38,126 nucleotides of DNA from a virus (IMGVR_UViG_3300037470_000177:1-38126); one strand, 5' to 3'; positions 27,879-36,278 are shown, counted from the stretch's first letter. Numbers and translations: made by a program. The notes: generated by a model not told the origin, from the letters alone.

Positions 27879-28379
27879 ATGCTATCAGTTAAATTCAAAG
27901 CCCCTATTGTGATCGACGAAAAAAATCTTGGCGCTCTGCTTTCCTTGGCCGGCGTTGCCGCCGAGGTCGAGCCGTATGCGGATGGCACGAAGCCTGGGCG
28001 CAAGCCGCGGGCGGCAGCTGCACCAGCGCCGGAGCCAGACGCAGCCGAACCTCAAGCTTCTACCCCGGAGCCAGAGGGTGTCAAGGGCAAAGGCAAGCCT
28101 GGGCGCAAGAGCAAAGCACAGAAAGAGGCTGAGGCAGCCGCCGCGGCTATCGAAGCCGCTGGCGCACCCATGACAGGTGAAGCCGAGGATCAACCAGCAG
28201 ACGACGGCGGCGAGGAAGTAGACGCCGGCACCCTGCTCAATCGGTTTTCGGGACTCATCGACAAAGATTTCGAAGCTGCGAAGGATCTACTTGATCGCTT
28301 CGGAGTGGCAAAGTTCAGTGATCTTCCTGAAACTGAGTTTGGCGCATTCAGCAATGCGCTTAGTGAAGCAGATAGTTGA
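27879..28379 (+). CDS. Hypothetical protein with acidic/Ala linker and two KPGRK motifs
   Basis: 166 aa, AAGG RBS. Confidence 0.75.
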   Translation: MLSVKFKAPIVIDEKNLGALLSLAGVAAEVEPYADGTKPGRKPRAAAAPAPEPDAAEPQASTPEPEGVKGKGKPGRKSKAQKEAEAAAAAIEAAGAPMTGEAEDQPADDGGEEVDAGTLLNRFSGLIDKDFEAAKDLLDRFGVAKFSDLPETEFGAFSNALSEADS

Positions 28380-28388
28380 GCGCTGGTG

Positions 28389-28496
28389 AGCCACTGTAGG
28401 TAAGGAACCCAATTAGACCAAGCGAGTCACCAAGCGGAAGGCACCCATACTACCGAAGCGAGTCAACAAACGAAAGAACCCCAGGTTTTCAAAGCG
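28389..28496 (+). repeat. TIGR-like dual-repeat guide array 1 (3 x 36 nt)
   Basis: AGCCA-ctgtaggta-AGGAACCCA-attagacca-AGCG|AGTCA-ccaagcgga-AGGCACCCA-tactaccga-AGCG|AGTCA-acaaacgaa-AGAACCCCA-ggttttcaa-AGCG; intergenic, exactly 108 nt. Confidence 0.9.
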
Positions 28497-28521
28497 ACAC
28501 TGATTAAAAGGAATCACGAAA

Positions 28522-29181
28522 ATGGCAAACGACATTACGAAGTTTTTCGGGGGGCACCAGCAGCCCGACCGGAAAAAAGCACTCGAAGCAATGGCCAATT
28601 ATGCTGCATCCAAGGCCGCTCTGTCTGGTAATCAAGCACTGCTCCGTCTCACCAAGACTGGTCAATGGGTCTTCGGTTCCGACAGCACCAAGCTAAAGGA
28701 TGGCACCGTGCTGATCGCCGACCCTGCGTCCCAGCAGTCCGGGTACGTCGCCTGGTGGTTGGGCAAGCCAGAAGCCGAGGTTATGCAGCCTCTGCACCTG
28801 GGCCCGGTGGATCCGTCGAAGTTGCCGGAGGTAAAATCGGGTAGCGTTCCACCTGGCGCCAAGAAGGCATCTGGTAAGGGATGGGAGGCGCAGTGCGCCA
28901 TCAGCTTCATCACTCAGGACAAGATCCCTCTGGCCCTGCTGTATAAAGCCTCTTCCCTCGGTGGTAAGAAGGCGTGCCTCACCCTGGCCGGCGATATCAT
29001 GTTCGGCATGACGGAAAACCCGGCCCGCTGCTACCCGGTGGTTGAGCTGCAGGTCGACAGCTATCAGCACAAGGAATATGGCGAGGTGTTCAATCCCGTG
29101 TTCGTGATCACTGGATGGCTGGACGAGAATGGAGAGGAGGTCAAGGATCTGGCAAAACTTGGCAAGGATGGTTTGCTCTAG
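28522..29181 (+). CDS. Putative ssDNA-binding/annealing protein of the phage PolA module
   Basis: 219 aa; G-WVFG, G-VAW, SY-HK-YG-V-P-F-I-GW pattern; function inferred from context. Confidence 0.5.
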   Translation: MANDITKFFGGHQQPDRKKALEAMANYAASKAALSGNQALLRLTKTGQWVFGSDSTKLKDGTVLIADPASQQSGYVAWWLGKPEAEVMQPLHLGPVDPSKLPEVKSGSVPPGAKKASGKGWEAQCAISFITQDKIPLALLYKASSLGGKKACLTLAGDIMFGMTENPARCYPVVELQVDSYQHKEYGEVFNPVFVITGWLDENGEEVKDLAKLGKDGLL

Positions 29182-29193
29182 CGAGGTAACACC

Positions 29194-29412
29194 ATGTTTA
29201 CGTCAGTGTTTTTCATCGTGTTCACGATTGTCCTGTCACCGACGGAGCACATCGGCCTGATCGGGCCGAAGTTTGAAACGATGGCAGAGTGCAAGGCAGA
29301 TCTGGAACCAGGCTATGCCTTCATCTACGCCGAGGCGGAAGCCCAGGGCTTCGAGGACTTCTCGCTCAATGCCCATTGCGTCGAGCACAAGCTGCCTACC
29401 AACGGCGTTTAA
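29194..29412 (+). CDS. Small membrane-anchored or exported protein
   Basis: Hydrophobic N-terminus, F-T-EC...C; GAGG RBS. Confidence 0.6.
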   Translation: MFTSVFFIVFTIVLSPTEHIGLIGPKFETMAECKADLEPGYAFIYAEAEAQGFEDFSLNAHCVEHKLPTNGV

Positions 29413-29555
29413 GCCAAGGTGCGCGAGGACCCCAAAGCGACCTAGCGAGCCACTATTCGTTAGAACCCCAAAGCCTCGAAGCGAGTCAGCTGCAACGAGA
29501 TACCCAAACTTGCCAATCGAGTCATCTAGCACGAAACACACATAGCGACCTAACG
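29412..29555 (+). repeat. TIGR-like dual-repeat guide array 2 (4 x 36 nt), directly upstream of the TasH-like gene
   Basis: Spacer pairs aggtgcgcg/aagcgacct, ctattcgtt/aagcctcga, gctgcaacg/aacttgcca, tctagcacg/tagcgacct; exactly 144 nt; last loop repeat is degenerate (AAACACACA). Confidence 0.9.
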
Positions 29556-29574
29556 AACTAACAGGTGAAAGATA

Positions 29575-30522
29575 ATGGACAAAGAAATTATTAAAGCCAC
29601 GATTGCGCCGAAGCAGGGCAACAAGTCCAAAGCTGGCGCCCCCCTCCCCAGTGATTACTCTCTCGTTGATGCTCACCGCGTACTGGACAAGGTAGACGGT
29701 GGCACGCTTCACGTGGACAACGTGGAGCTGCTGTTGCCGCGCGAGCACATGGAGTACCACGGCAATCTGCGTGTGCGTGATGAGTGGGGCACTCGTCTCA
29801 AGGCGTTGATGGACGACCGCTCCCAGGCGCTCAAGCTGCAGCTGAAAATCAACAATCAACTGCTGGCCTTCAAGCGTGGTACCGACGATTTCAATCCAGA
29901 GACTGCGGCTATCTTGGAGTCTATGCTCGTAGCCCCTACCACCTGGCTCCGCGATATAGACAAGCAGGTCACCAAGCACCTCAAGGCTTCTGCTGATCCA
30001 CTGGTGAAGTGCCTGCTGAACGTGCCTGGTTGCGGCCCGGTCACCACGGCGTACCTTATGGTCTATGTGGATCTGGAAAAGGCAGACTCCCCGTCAGCCC
30101 TCTGGAAGTACGTGGGCCTGCACTGCGCCTCTGGTGATCGGTACGTGAAGGGTGAGAAGGGCGGCGGCAACAAGACCCTGCGCACGATTCTCTATAACAC
30201 TGCCTGCAGCATGATGAAGCAGCCTGGTAACCCGTACCGTGAAGTCTACGACCAGACCAAGGCCAAGTACGCGAACAGCGACAAGATCGTGAAGTCCCGC
30301 AACACCCAGGGGCATCTGGTCGAGGTAGCTTGGAAGGACACCAAGCCGTCTCACCGCCACGGTGCCGCACTGCGTGCGATTATCAAGCACTTCCTGGCAG
30401 ACTTCTGGTTGATGGGTCGTCGGGCGTACGGACTGCCGGAGCGTACGTTGTACGCTGAACAGATCCTGCACCACGATGGGATCATCAAGCCGGAGTCGCG
30501 CGGGTGGAAGCTTGAGGGTTAA
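29575..30522 (+). CDS. tasH: TasH-like RNA-guided nuclease: N-terminal HNH, coiled coil, Nop/IS110-like RNA-binding domain
   Basis: HNH-like DAHR...GG...DNV...EH-EYHG; VPGCGPVTTAYL, SALWKYVGL and GNKTLR match the IS110 Transposase_20/Nop-like domain; no DEDD domain; flanked on both sides by 36-nt dual-repeat arrays. Confidence 0.85.
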   Translation: MDKEIIKATIAPKQGNKSKAGAPLPSDYSLVDAHRVLDKVDGGTLHVDNVELLLPREHMEYHGNLRVRDEWGTRLKALMDDRSQALKLQLKINNQLLAFKRGTDDFNPETAAILESMLVAPTTWLRDIDKQVTKHLKASADPLVKCLLNVPGCGPVTTAYLMVYVDLEKADSPSALWKYVGLHCASGDRYVKGEKGGGNKTLRTILYNTACSMMKQPGNPYREVYDQTKAKYANSDKIVKSRNTQGHLVEVAWKDTKPSHRHGAALRAIIKHFLADFWLMGRRAYGLPERTLYAEQILHHDGIIKPESRGWKLEG

Positions 30523-30546
30523 GACCATTAGGAGCCAGGGACGGCC

Positions 30547-30978
30547 AGCCAAGATGTAGGAGAAACCCACCGGTGCTAAGCGAGCCACTAACAGTTAGTA
30601 CCCCAACATTGCGTAGCGAGCCACCCACTAGAAGAACTCCATCAAGACCAAGCGAGCCAACGAAGGAAAGAACACCACCTTCTGTGAGCGAGTCAATCCA
30701 CACAAGCGCCCCAGGATAAGTCAACGAGCCATCCTCTGAAAGGAACCCACGCTTCAATAGCGAGTCAGATACGCCAAGACACCCGGCCCAACGAATCGAG
30801 CCATTAACTTGGAGACACCCAAGTTACCCAAGCGAGCCATTACATCGAAGAACCCCAATTGCACTGAGCGAGTCACTAAGCGGAAGCACCCCATGTGATT
30901 GCAGCGAGTCAAAAAAATAAAGAACCCCGACAATCATAAGCGAGTCACCGAATAACAGATACCCATTAACCGAGAACG
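30547..30978 (+). repeat. TIGR-like dual-repeat guide array 3 (12 x 36 nt), directly downstream of the TasH-like gene
   Basis: Edge repeat A(G/A/T)CGAGYCA at 30579, 30615, 30651, 30687, 30723, 30759, 30795, 30831, 30867, 30903, 30939; loop repeat (AGAACCCCA consensus) 18 nt after each; 24 variable 9-nt spacers; exactly 432 nt. Confidence 0.95.
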
Positions 30979-31005
30979 TATTGCAGCCATACAGGAAATA
31001 CTAAA

Positions 31006-31263
31006 ATGAACAAGTCGAACATAGGAAACGCCAGTGAGTTGCGCGCAGCACTGCTGCTTGCTATCGAAGCAGTTTGCGCTGGTCGCATGAACGTATCACA
31101 AGCAAACGCCGTAGTAGGTTTGTCAGCGGAGGTTCACAAGTCTATCAGGCAAGAGTGGGACATGAGGGTGTACGCCGCCGAGAACTTTGCTATGCAAAAT
31201 GGCGAAGTAATTAAACTGCTTGATAGCGCGGTCGAACCTGTTGAGGTACAAGGCGATGAGTAG
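31006..31263 (+). CDS. Hypothetical protein
   Basis: 85 aa, AGGA RBS. Confidence 0.65.
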   Translation: MNKSNIGNASELRAALLLAIEAVCAGRMNVSQANAVVGLSAEVHKSIRQEWDMRVYAAENFAMQNGEVIKLLDSAVEPVEVQGDE

Positions 31264-31822
31264 GGTGAGTGCAGAAAGTTTGGGTCGTGGGTGCGACATG
31301 TTATTGAAGACTGGGTGGTATGGTAACGCCTACGACGTTACGCCGCACGTTGCGCCAGATACTTACGCGGAGAAGCAATTCGTAGAAATTACTTACCGAG
31401 GTGAAGTTGTACTAGTGCCGATGCGCGGTAGCAGAGTATCAATCGGTGCTAGGCGAGAGTGCCTGTGGCGACCTACACCTTTTAACTACTCTTACCACTT
31501 CGCAAAATGGTTGGGAGAGCGGATTGCTAAAAGGATGTTCAGGACTGGTGAGCGTGTTATCTGTTTGCACGGTAATAAAGACATTGGCGATTACTACACT
31601 AGGAGATTCGCAGGGCGAGTGTTTATGGAAGAACTAAATCACTTCTTTCAATTTAAACTGGATGAGCTGAATGGTGTCAAACACTCTACGCGCTGCGAGC
31701 ATTCTAAATGCCAAATGGTTTCTTACAACACCTTAATATTTGCAGTTGCAGATACTAAAGAACAGCTAGACGCCGCGTGTATATTAGCCTGGGAATTAGG
31801 GGATACATATGATCCACGCTGA
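31256..31822 (+). CDS. Hypothetical protein (visibly more AT-rich than flanks)
   Basis: ATG 31256 overlapping upstream stop; overlaps the polymerase start. Confidence 0.6.
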   Translation: MSRVSAESLGRGCDMLLKTGWYGNAYDVTPHVAPDTYAEKQFVEITYRGEVVLVPMRGSRVSIGARRECLWRPTPFNYSYHFAKWLGERIAKRMFRTGERVICLHGNKDIGDYYTRRFAGRVFMEELNHFFQFKLDELNGVKHSTRCEHSKCQMVSYNTLIFAVADTKEQLDAACILAWELGDTYDPR

Positions 31823-33761
31823 CTTTGAAACACGCAGCATCATCGATCTGACAAAGACTGGTGCATACGTCTACGCGGCCCATCCCACCACCGACGTTAA
31901 CTGCCTGGGCTGGGCCGTCGACGATGATGAGGTTCAGCTCTGGATGCCTGGTGATCCCTTCCCGGTCGACTTGAAGTACGCCCTCAAGGAAGGCCACATG
32001 ATAGCAGCATGGAATGCGCAATTCGAACGCCTGATCTGGAACAACGTGTTCATCAGGCAGGGCGCCCCCAAGCTGCCGATTGACCGCTTCTACTGCATTG
32101 CCGCGCTGTCCAGGGCCAGGGGTTACCCAGGCAAGCTGGAACGTGCCGCGCAGTTCGCTGAGCTGGATATAGGCAAGGACATGGAAGGCCACCGCCTCAT
32201 GATGAAGCTCTGCAAACCGCGCCGTATCGAGGACGACGGCACCATTGTCTGGTGGGACGACCCCATGGAGCATTACCGCCAAGGTGAGTATTGCGTCCGC
32301 GACGTGGATGTGGAGCGGGCCATGTACCACAGCTTCATTCCCTTCACCGATGAGGAGCTGGACGACTATCACCTGTCCGAAGAAATCAACGACCGCGGCG
32401 TCTGCGTCGACGTGGAACTGTGCCACGCTGCAGTGTCTGGCGCGGCCATGGAAAAGCTCAGCTCAGACGACGTGATCACTTCGCTAACCAACGGTGCCGT
32501 CACTTCCCATACCCAGGTGCAGAAGATACTTGCCTGGGTGGAGCAAGAGTGGAAGCCGCTCGACAGCCTGAACAAGTCAGATGTGTATGATGCGCTGGCC
32601 GAGGACGACATACCGCCTGTGGTTGCCGACGTGCTTGAACTGCGCTTGGAGAACGCCAAGGCTGCAGTGGCCAAGTTCGATGCGATCCTGCGGCACCAGC
32701 GGTTCGGCGTTGTGTACGGTGGCTACATCTACCGGGGCGCCGGCCAGACCGGGCGCTTCACCAGCATGGGCGTGCAGAAGCACAACCTGCACCGCAAGTC
32801 GAACAACGATGCTATCCCGATCTTGAAGAAGCGCGGTATCCCTGGGCTGCGGATGATGGGCGATCCCGTCCACCTGCTGGCACAGATGACGCGCCCGGTG
32901 TTCGTTGCCAGTGAAGGCACACAATTCCTTATCGCTGACTTCGCGCAGATCGAGGCACGTGTTACCGCCTGGCTGGCAGGTGAACAGTGGCTGCTGGATA
33001 TATTCGCTGATCCCGACGGCGATCCCTACTGCGCATTCGGCACCACTGCTTTCGGTAGGGTCATTACCAAGGCCGACGAGCTGGAACGATTCGTAAGCAA
33101 AGGCTGCGTGCTGGGCCTTGGCTTCGGCGGCGGTGAGGGCGCCCTGGCCAGGACGTTGAAGAAAGAGAACATCACCTTGCCGCAGAAACAACGTCAAGAT
33201 CTTGTAAAGACCTACCGTGAGCTGAACGCTGACACCAAGAAGCTGTGGAAGGCACTCAGCTCAGCCGTCCTCATGGCCATGTACGGGCCGGGAACGCTCG
33301 TACCCGTAGGGCCCATCACCTATCTGTTCGACGGCCAGCATCTGTGGTGCAAGCTGCCTTCTGGCAGGCTCATCTGCTACCCCTACGCCAAGGTGGTGCA
33401 GGATGAGTGGGGCGATAGCGTTGAGTACCGTCGCGGCAACCGCAATCCCAAGTCAGGGGTCATGGAGTGGCCCACTGTACGGCTGTGGCACGGCCTGTTG
33501 ACGGAGAACCTGGCCCAGGCCATAGCCTTCGACTTGTTGATGGGTGCTCTGCGTAGGCTGCGCGCCTGGGACGTACGGTTGCACACCCATGATGAGGTGG
33601 TTGCCGAGGTGTGGGGGGATCTGGCAGAGGAACGCTTGCAACAGATGCTGCAGATCCTGTGCGCCGGAGAGGAATGGTCTGAGGGTCTGCCGATAGCAGC
33701 AGAAGGCATGATCGAATCCCGGTATGGTAAGGGCAAAACAAGAGCGAAGTATCTACGATGA
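31809..33761 (+). CDS. polA: Phage family A DNA polymerase with 3'-5' exonuclease
   Basis: ExoI DFETRS, ExoII AWNAQFE, ExoIII YCVRDV, TGRF, motif A DFAQIEAR, motif B R-K-LGLGFG, motif C HTHDE. Confidence 0.95.
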   Translation: MIHADFETRSIIDLTKTGAYVYAAHPTTDVNCLGWAVDDDEVQLWMPGDPFPVDLKYALKEGHMIAAWNAQFERLIWNNVFIRQGAPKLPIDRFYCIAALSRARGYPGKLERAAQFAELDIGKDMEGHRLMMKLCKPRRIEDDGTIVWWDDPMEHYRQGEYCVRDVDVERAMYHSFIPFTDEELDDYHLSEEINDRGVCVDVELCHAAVSGAAMEKLSSDDVITSLTNGAVTSHTQVQKILAWVEQEWKPLDSLNKSDVYDALAEDDIPPVVADVLELRLENAKAAVAKFDAILRHQRFGVVYGGYIYRGAGQTGRFTSMGVQKHNLHRKSNNDAIPILKKRGIPGLRMMGDPVHLLAQMTRPVFVASEGTQFLIADFAQIEARVTAWLAGEQWLLDIFADPDGDPYCAFGTTAFGRVITKADELERFVSKGCVLGLGFGGGEGALARTLKKENITLPQKQRQDLVKTYRELNADTKKLWKALSSAVLMAMYGPGTLVPVGPITYLFDGQHLWCKLPSGRLICYPYAKVVQDEWGDSVEYRRGNRNPKSGVMEWPTVRLWHGLLTENLAQAIAFDLLMGALRRLRAWDVRLHTHDEVVAEVWGDLAEERLQQMLQILCAGEEWSEGLPIAAEGMIESRYGKGKTRAKYLR

Positions 33762-34000
33762 GTTTTCACATATTCCCCGACGAAGTACGCAAGGCCCGTA
33801 GATTACACTTTTGCGTGTGGTGCGGGCAGAGCATATACGCAGGTGAGTCTTACGCGCACGTAGACGTGGTTACTGACGAAGGTTTTCAACACCAGTATTG
33901 GCACCATGAATGCCTCGACGCTTCGCGTGAAGACCTTGAATACGGCGACGAGTTTTCGCCATACGACAACGAGAGGCCATCAGGTGAAGATAGGAATTGA
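33758..34000 (+). CDS. Small Zn-binding hypothetical protein
   Basis: RKAR-H-CVWCG...H-EC. Confidence 0.65.
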   Translation: MSFHIFPDEVRKARRLHFCVWCGQSIYAGESYAHVDVVTDEGFQHQYWHHECLDASREDLEYGDEFSPYDNERPSGEDRN

Positions 34001-34460
34001 TCCAGGGTGCAGTGGCGCCATCGTGATTCTCAACGACGACCTCAGCTACGTAGCTCACATACCCATGCCAGTGGTGAAAGTCGGCACCAAGAGCCGCGTC
34101 AACGGCGCAGCTGTCCGCGCTTTCATACTGGATGGATTAAGGGATGGTCACGCGCACGCCTACATCGAGCAAGTCGGGGCGATGCCAGGGCAGGGTGTAT
34201 CCAGTATGTTTACATTCGGCCACGCCGCTGGAGTGGTAGAGGGTATCATCCAGGGCCTGGGCATACCTTACACGCTGGTCACGCCGCAAGCCTGGAAAAA
34301 ACAGGCGGGCCTTATAGGCCAGGACAAAGACGCGGCAAGGTCACGTGCCATCCAGCTGTACCCTGAGCTGCGGGCCCTGGACTCCAAGGCCAAGGGTCAG
34401 GCACTGGCTGACGCCATTCTAATCGCGCACTACAAAGCGCCGAGGGATAACCTGCTATGA
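33984..34460 (+). CDS. RuvC-like Holliday junction resolvase
   Basis: KIGIDPG, YIEQV, F-FG, P-WKK, ADA-LIA; start GTG 33984. Confidence 0.85.
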   Translation: MKIGIDPGCSGAIVILNDDLSYVAHIPMPVVKVGTKSRVNGAAVRAFILDGLRDGHAHAYIEQVGAMPGQGVSSMFTFGHAAGVVEGIIQGLGIPYTLVTPQAWKKQAGLIGQDKDAARSRAIQLYPELRALDSKAKGQALADAILIAHYKAPRDNLL

Positions 34461-34651
34461 ACGAAGTGACTGTAGACCGTGAAGCTTTAAGGGCAGTGCT
34501 GCAGGCTTTAACTGGCGAGCCGCACTACATCCGCGAGCTGCAAGCCACTATGGGTTTGCCGAATAACCCCATCGAGAAACTCATTAACGACTTCAATGCT
34601 TCTGTAGCCTACCAAACGATAACGGACGGGTTGTTCGGAGGTGAAGAATGA
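34457..34651 (+). CDS. Hypothetical protein
   Basis: 64 aa, coupled. Confidence 0.6.
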   Translation: MNEVTVDREALRAVLQALTGEPHYIRELQATMGLPNNPIEKLINDFNASVAYQTITDGLFGGEE

Positions 34652-35307
34652 GTACACACGCCCTGTTCTCACCGTCATCTGCTGAGCGCTGGTTGAAGTG
34701 CGGTTACTCGATCAAGATGAAACCCTTCTATCCCAGCACCGACACTGCTGCATCACTGAACGGCACCAAGCACCACGGCATCGCCGGCATTCATCTGGAG
34801 AACGGCACCGACTCTCGCATACCTGGGATCAACGTCTACCTGAATGCTGTTCGCAATACGGTGATCGAGGGTGGCAGTGAACTTCTCGTCGAACGCAAGG
34901 TCGTAATTGCTAAGGATCTGTGTGAAGGCACCCTGGACGCCGGAGTGATCGCGCCTGACTGGTTCCACATCTTCGACTTGAAGTGGGGCAAGTCACCCGT
35001 CCACGCCACCGACAATCCTCAGTTGATGCTGTACGCCCTTGGCATCGTGCGAGAGTACCAGCTGGGCAAGGGCACGCCCTGCACCCTGTCCATCGCGCAG
35101 CCGAACGCCACCTCGGGCTTCCCGTTGAAGCACTGGAACACCGACGTGGATCGACTGTTGAAGTTCTACGAGAAGGTGCAGCGCGCCTTCGAAGAGGGCC
35201 TGAAAGAGAACCCGAAAGCCGTGGCCGGGTCGCACTGCTACTGGTGTCCTGCCAAGATGAACTGTGAAGCTTACCTGATTCACTCAGGCAAAAAGCGTAG
35301 GGGTTGA
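34648..35307 (+). CDS. DUF2800 / Cas4-like PD-(D/E)XK nuclease
   Basis: HALFSPSSAERWLKC, GT-HH, GTLD, DLKWG, QLMLYA, HCYWCPAK-C. Confidence 0.85.
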   Translation: MSTHALFSPSSAERWLKCGYSIKMKPFYPSTDTAASLNGTKHHGIAGIHLENGTDSRIPGINVYLNAVRNTVIEGGSELLVERKVVIAKDLCEGTLDAGVIAPDWFHIFDLKWGKSPVHATDNPQLMLYALGIVREYQLGKGTPCTLSIAQPNATSGFPLKHWNTDVDRLLKFYEKVQRAFEEGLKENPKAVAGSHCYWCPAKMNCEAYLIHSGKKRRG

Positions 35308-35675
35308 AGATGAACACACTTGAAATGTTGCATAGGATCGACGAGCTGAAAGCCAAGCGCGATATGATTAGCGACTTGATCAACGGTTACACCGAGCGGC
35401 TTGAAGACGCCATGAAGGCGTCAGGTGATGAGTGCTTGGAGACAGCCACCGCCGTTGCCTTCTGGCGCAAGGAAACAAAGGTCGAGGTAGCCGACTGGGC
35501 CTGGCTGCAGAAATATATCAAAGAAGAAGACGCCTTCGACATACTGCAAAAGCGTATCTCACCAGCGGCACTAAAGCGCCGAGTGGATGCCGGCGCAGAG
35601 CTGGAAGGTGTTACTATTCGAGAGAGCAAGAGCTTCATTGTTGGGAGTAGAAAGTATGAAAAACCGGAGTCTTAA
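35304..35675 (+). CDS. Hypothetical coiled-coil phage protein
   Basis: 123 aa, V-DW...I...AFD-LQKRIS...GV. Confidence 0.7.
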   Translation: MKMNTLEMLHRIDELKAKRDMISDLINGYTERLEDAMKASGDECLETATAVAFWRKETKVEVADWAWLQKYIKEEDAFDILQKRISPAALKRRVDAGAELEGVTIRESKSFIVGSRKYEKPES

Positions 35676-35856
35676 ACCGCGCCTGCTGTACGGCGGGCCA
35701 TGGGGTGGCAAGGTATCTGGCATTCCGTGGGGCGGAACCCTGATATTCACCCTCGGTGAGCACCATGGGTTCTACAAAGGCGATGGCCGTTGGATTGAAA
35801 TGCCCAGGCCAGATGCCACGTGGATGACGATAGATGAAGTATCGGAGTTTAAGTGA
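35656..35856 (+). CDS. Hypothetical protein
   Basis: ATG 35656 with GGGAG RBS; GGPW-G motif. Confidence 0.55.
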   Translation: MKNRSLKPRLLYGGPWGGKVSGIPWGGTLIFTLGEHHGFYKGDGRWIEMPRPDATWMTIDEVSEFK

Positions 35857-36134
35857 TGGATAAGCTAAGCGTTGCAGTGATAGGCCTGCTGCCTCGGCAG
35901 GCCGAGCGGGTGTCTGCACTGTACGGCGAGGATCTTGAGCTACGGTTTATACAGACTGACACTGCCATGCAGAAGATCCGCGCCACCGTGGAGTCAACAG
36001 ACCACGTGTTGATCATGACGAAGTTCACACCCCACGATATCCAAGACGGACTTAGGAAGCGTGGCAAGATGGAATTTTGCAACGGCGGTACATCATCTGT
36101 GGGGCAGAAGCTGGACGAACTGCTAGGCCGATGA
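35853..36134 (+). CDS. Small alpha/beta protein (DUF2325-like)
   Basis: VAVIG, DHVLIMTKFTPH, GGTSS; its stop abuts array 4. Confidence 0.55.
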   Translation: MMDKLSVAVIGLLPRQAERVSALYGEDLELRFIQTDTAMQKIRATVESTDHVLIMTKFTPHDIQDGLRKRGKMEFCNGGTSSVGQKLDELLGR

Positions 36135-36278
36135 AGCCATTGTGCCGCAGGAACCCACACCTCAGTAGCGAGCCAATGGGAATAAGAACCTCAGTCCACC
36201 AAAGCGATCCAAAAGCTATAAGAATCTCAGACAGTTAAAGCGAGCTATCAAGCGGAAGAACCCCACTCTCACTAAGCG
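36135..36278 (+). repeat. TIGR-like dual-repeat guide array 4 (4 x 36 nt), distal, at the operon end
   Basis: Spacer pairs ttgtgccgc/cacctcagt, atgggaata/gtccaccaa, aaagctata/gacagttaa, tcaagcgga/ctctcacta; exactly 144 nt. Confidence 0.9.

Noticed and set aside
29575-30522. IS110-family transposase / insertion sequence
   Set aside because: Only the C-terminal Transposase_20/Nop-like part matches. The DEDD RuvC-like domain is replaced by an HNH motif, and the flanks are periodic dual-repeat arrays.
30696-30722. Spacer pair atccacaca/ggataagtc could spell a DnaA box (TTATCCACA) if the halves overlapped by 4 nt
   Set aside because: Requires an overlap geometry not supported consistently by other units; short A/B complementarities are expected by chance
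30485-30757. Minus-strand 90-aa ORF, plus ORFs 28413-28598, 29273-29545, 29289-29561 and 29236-29979
   Set aside because: Read-throughs of the arrays; the 12-aa GSL/GVL periodicity only reflects the 36-nt repeat
30547-30978. CRISPR array
   Set aside because: Repeats are 9 nt, of two alternating types, with 9-nt spacers; no cas1/cas2 or Cas effector genes in the window
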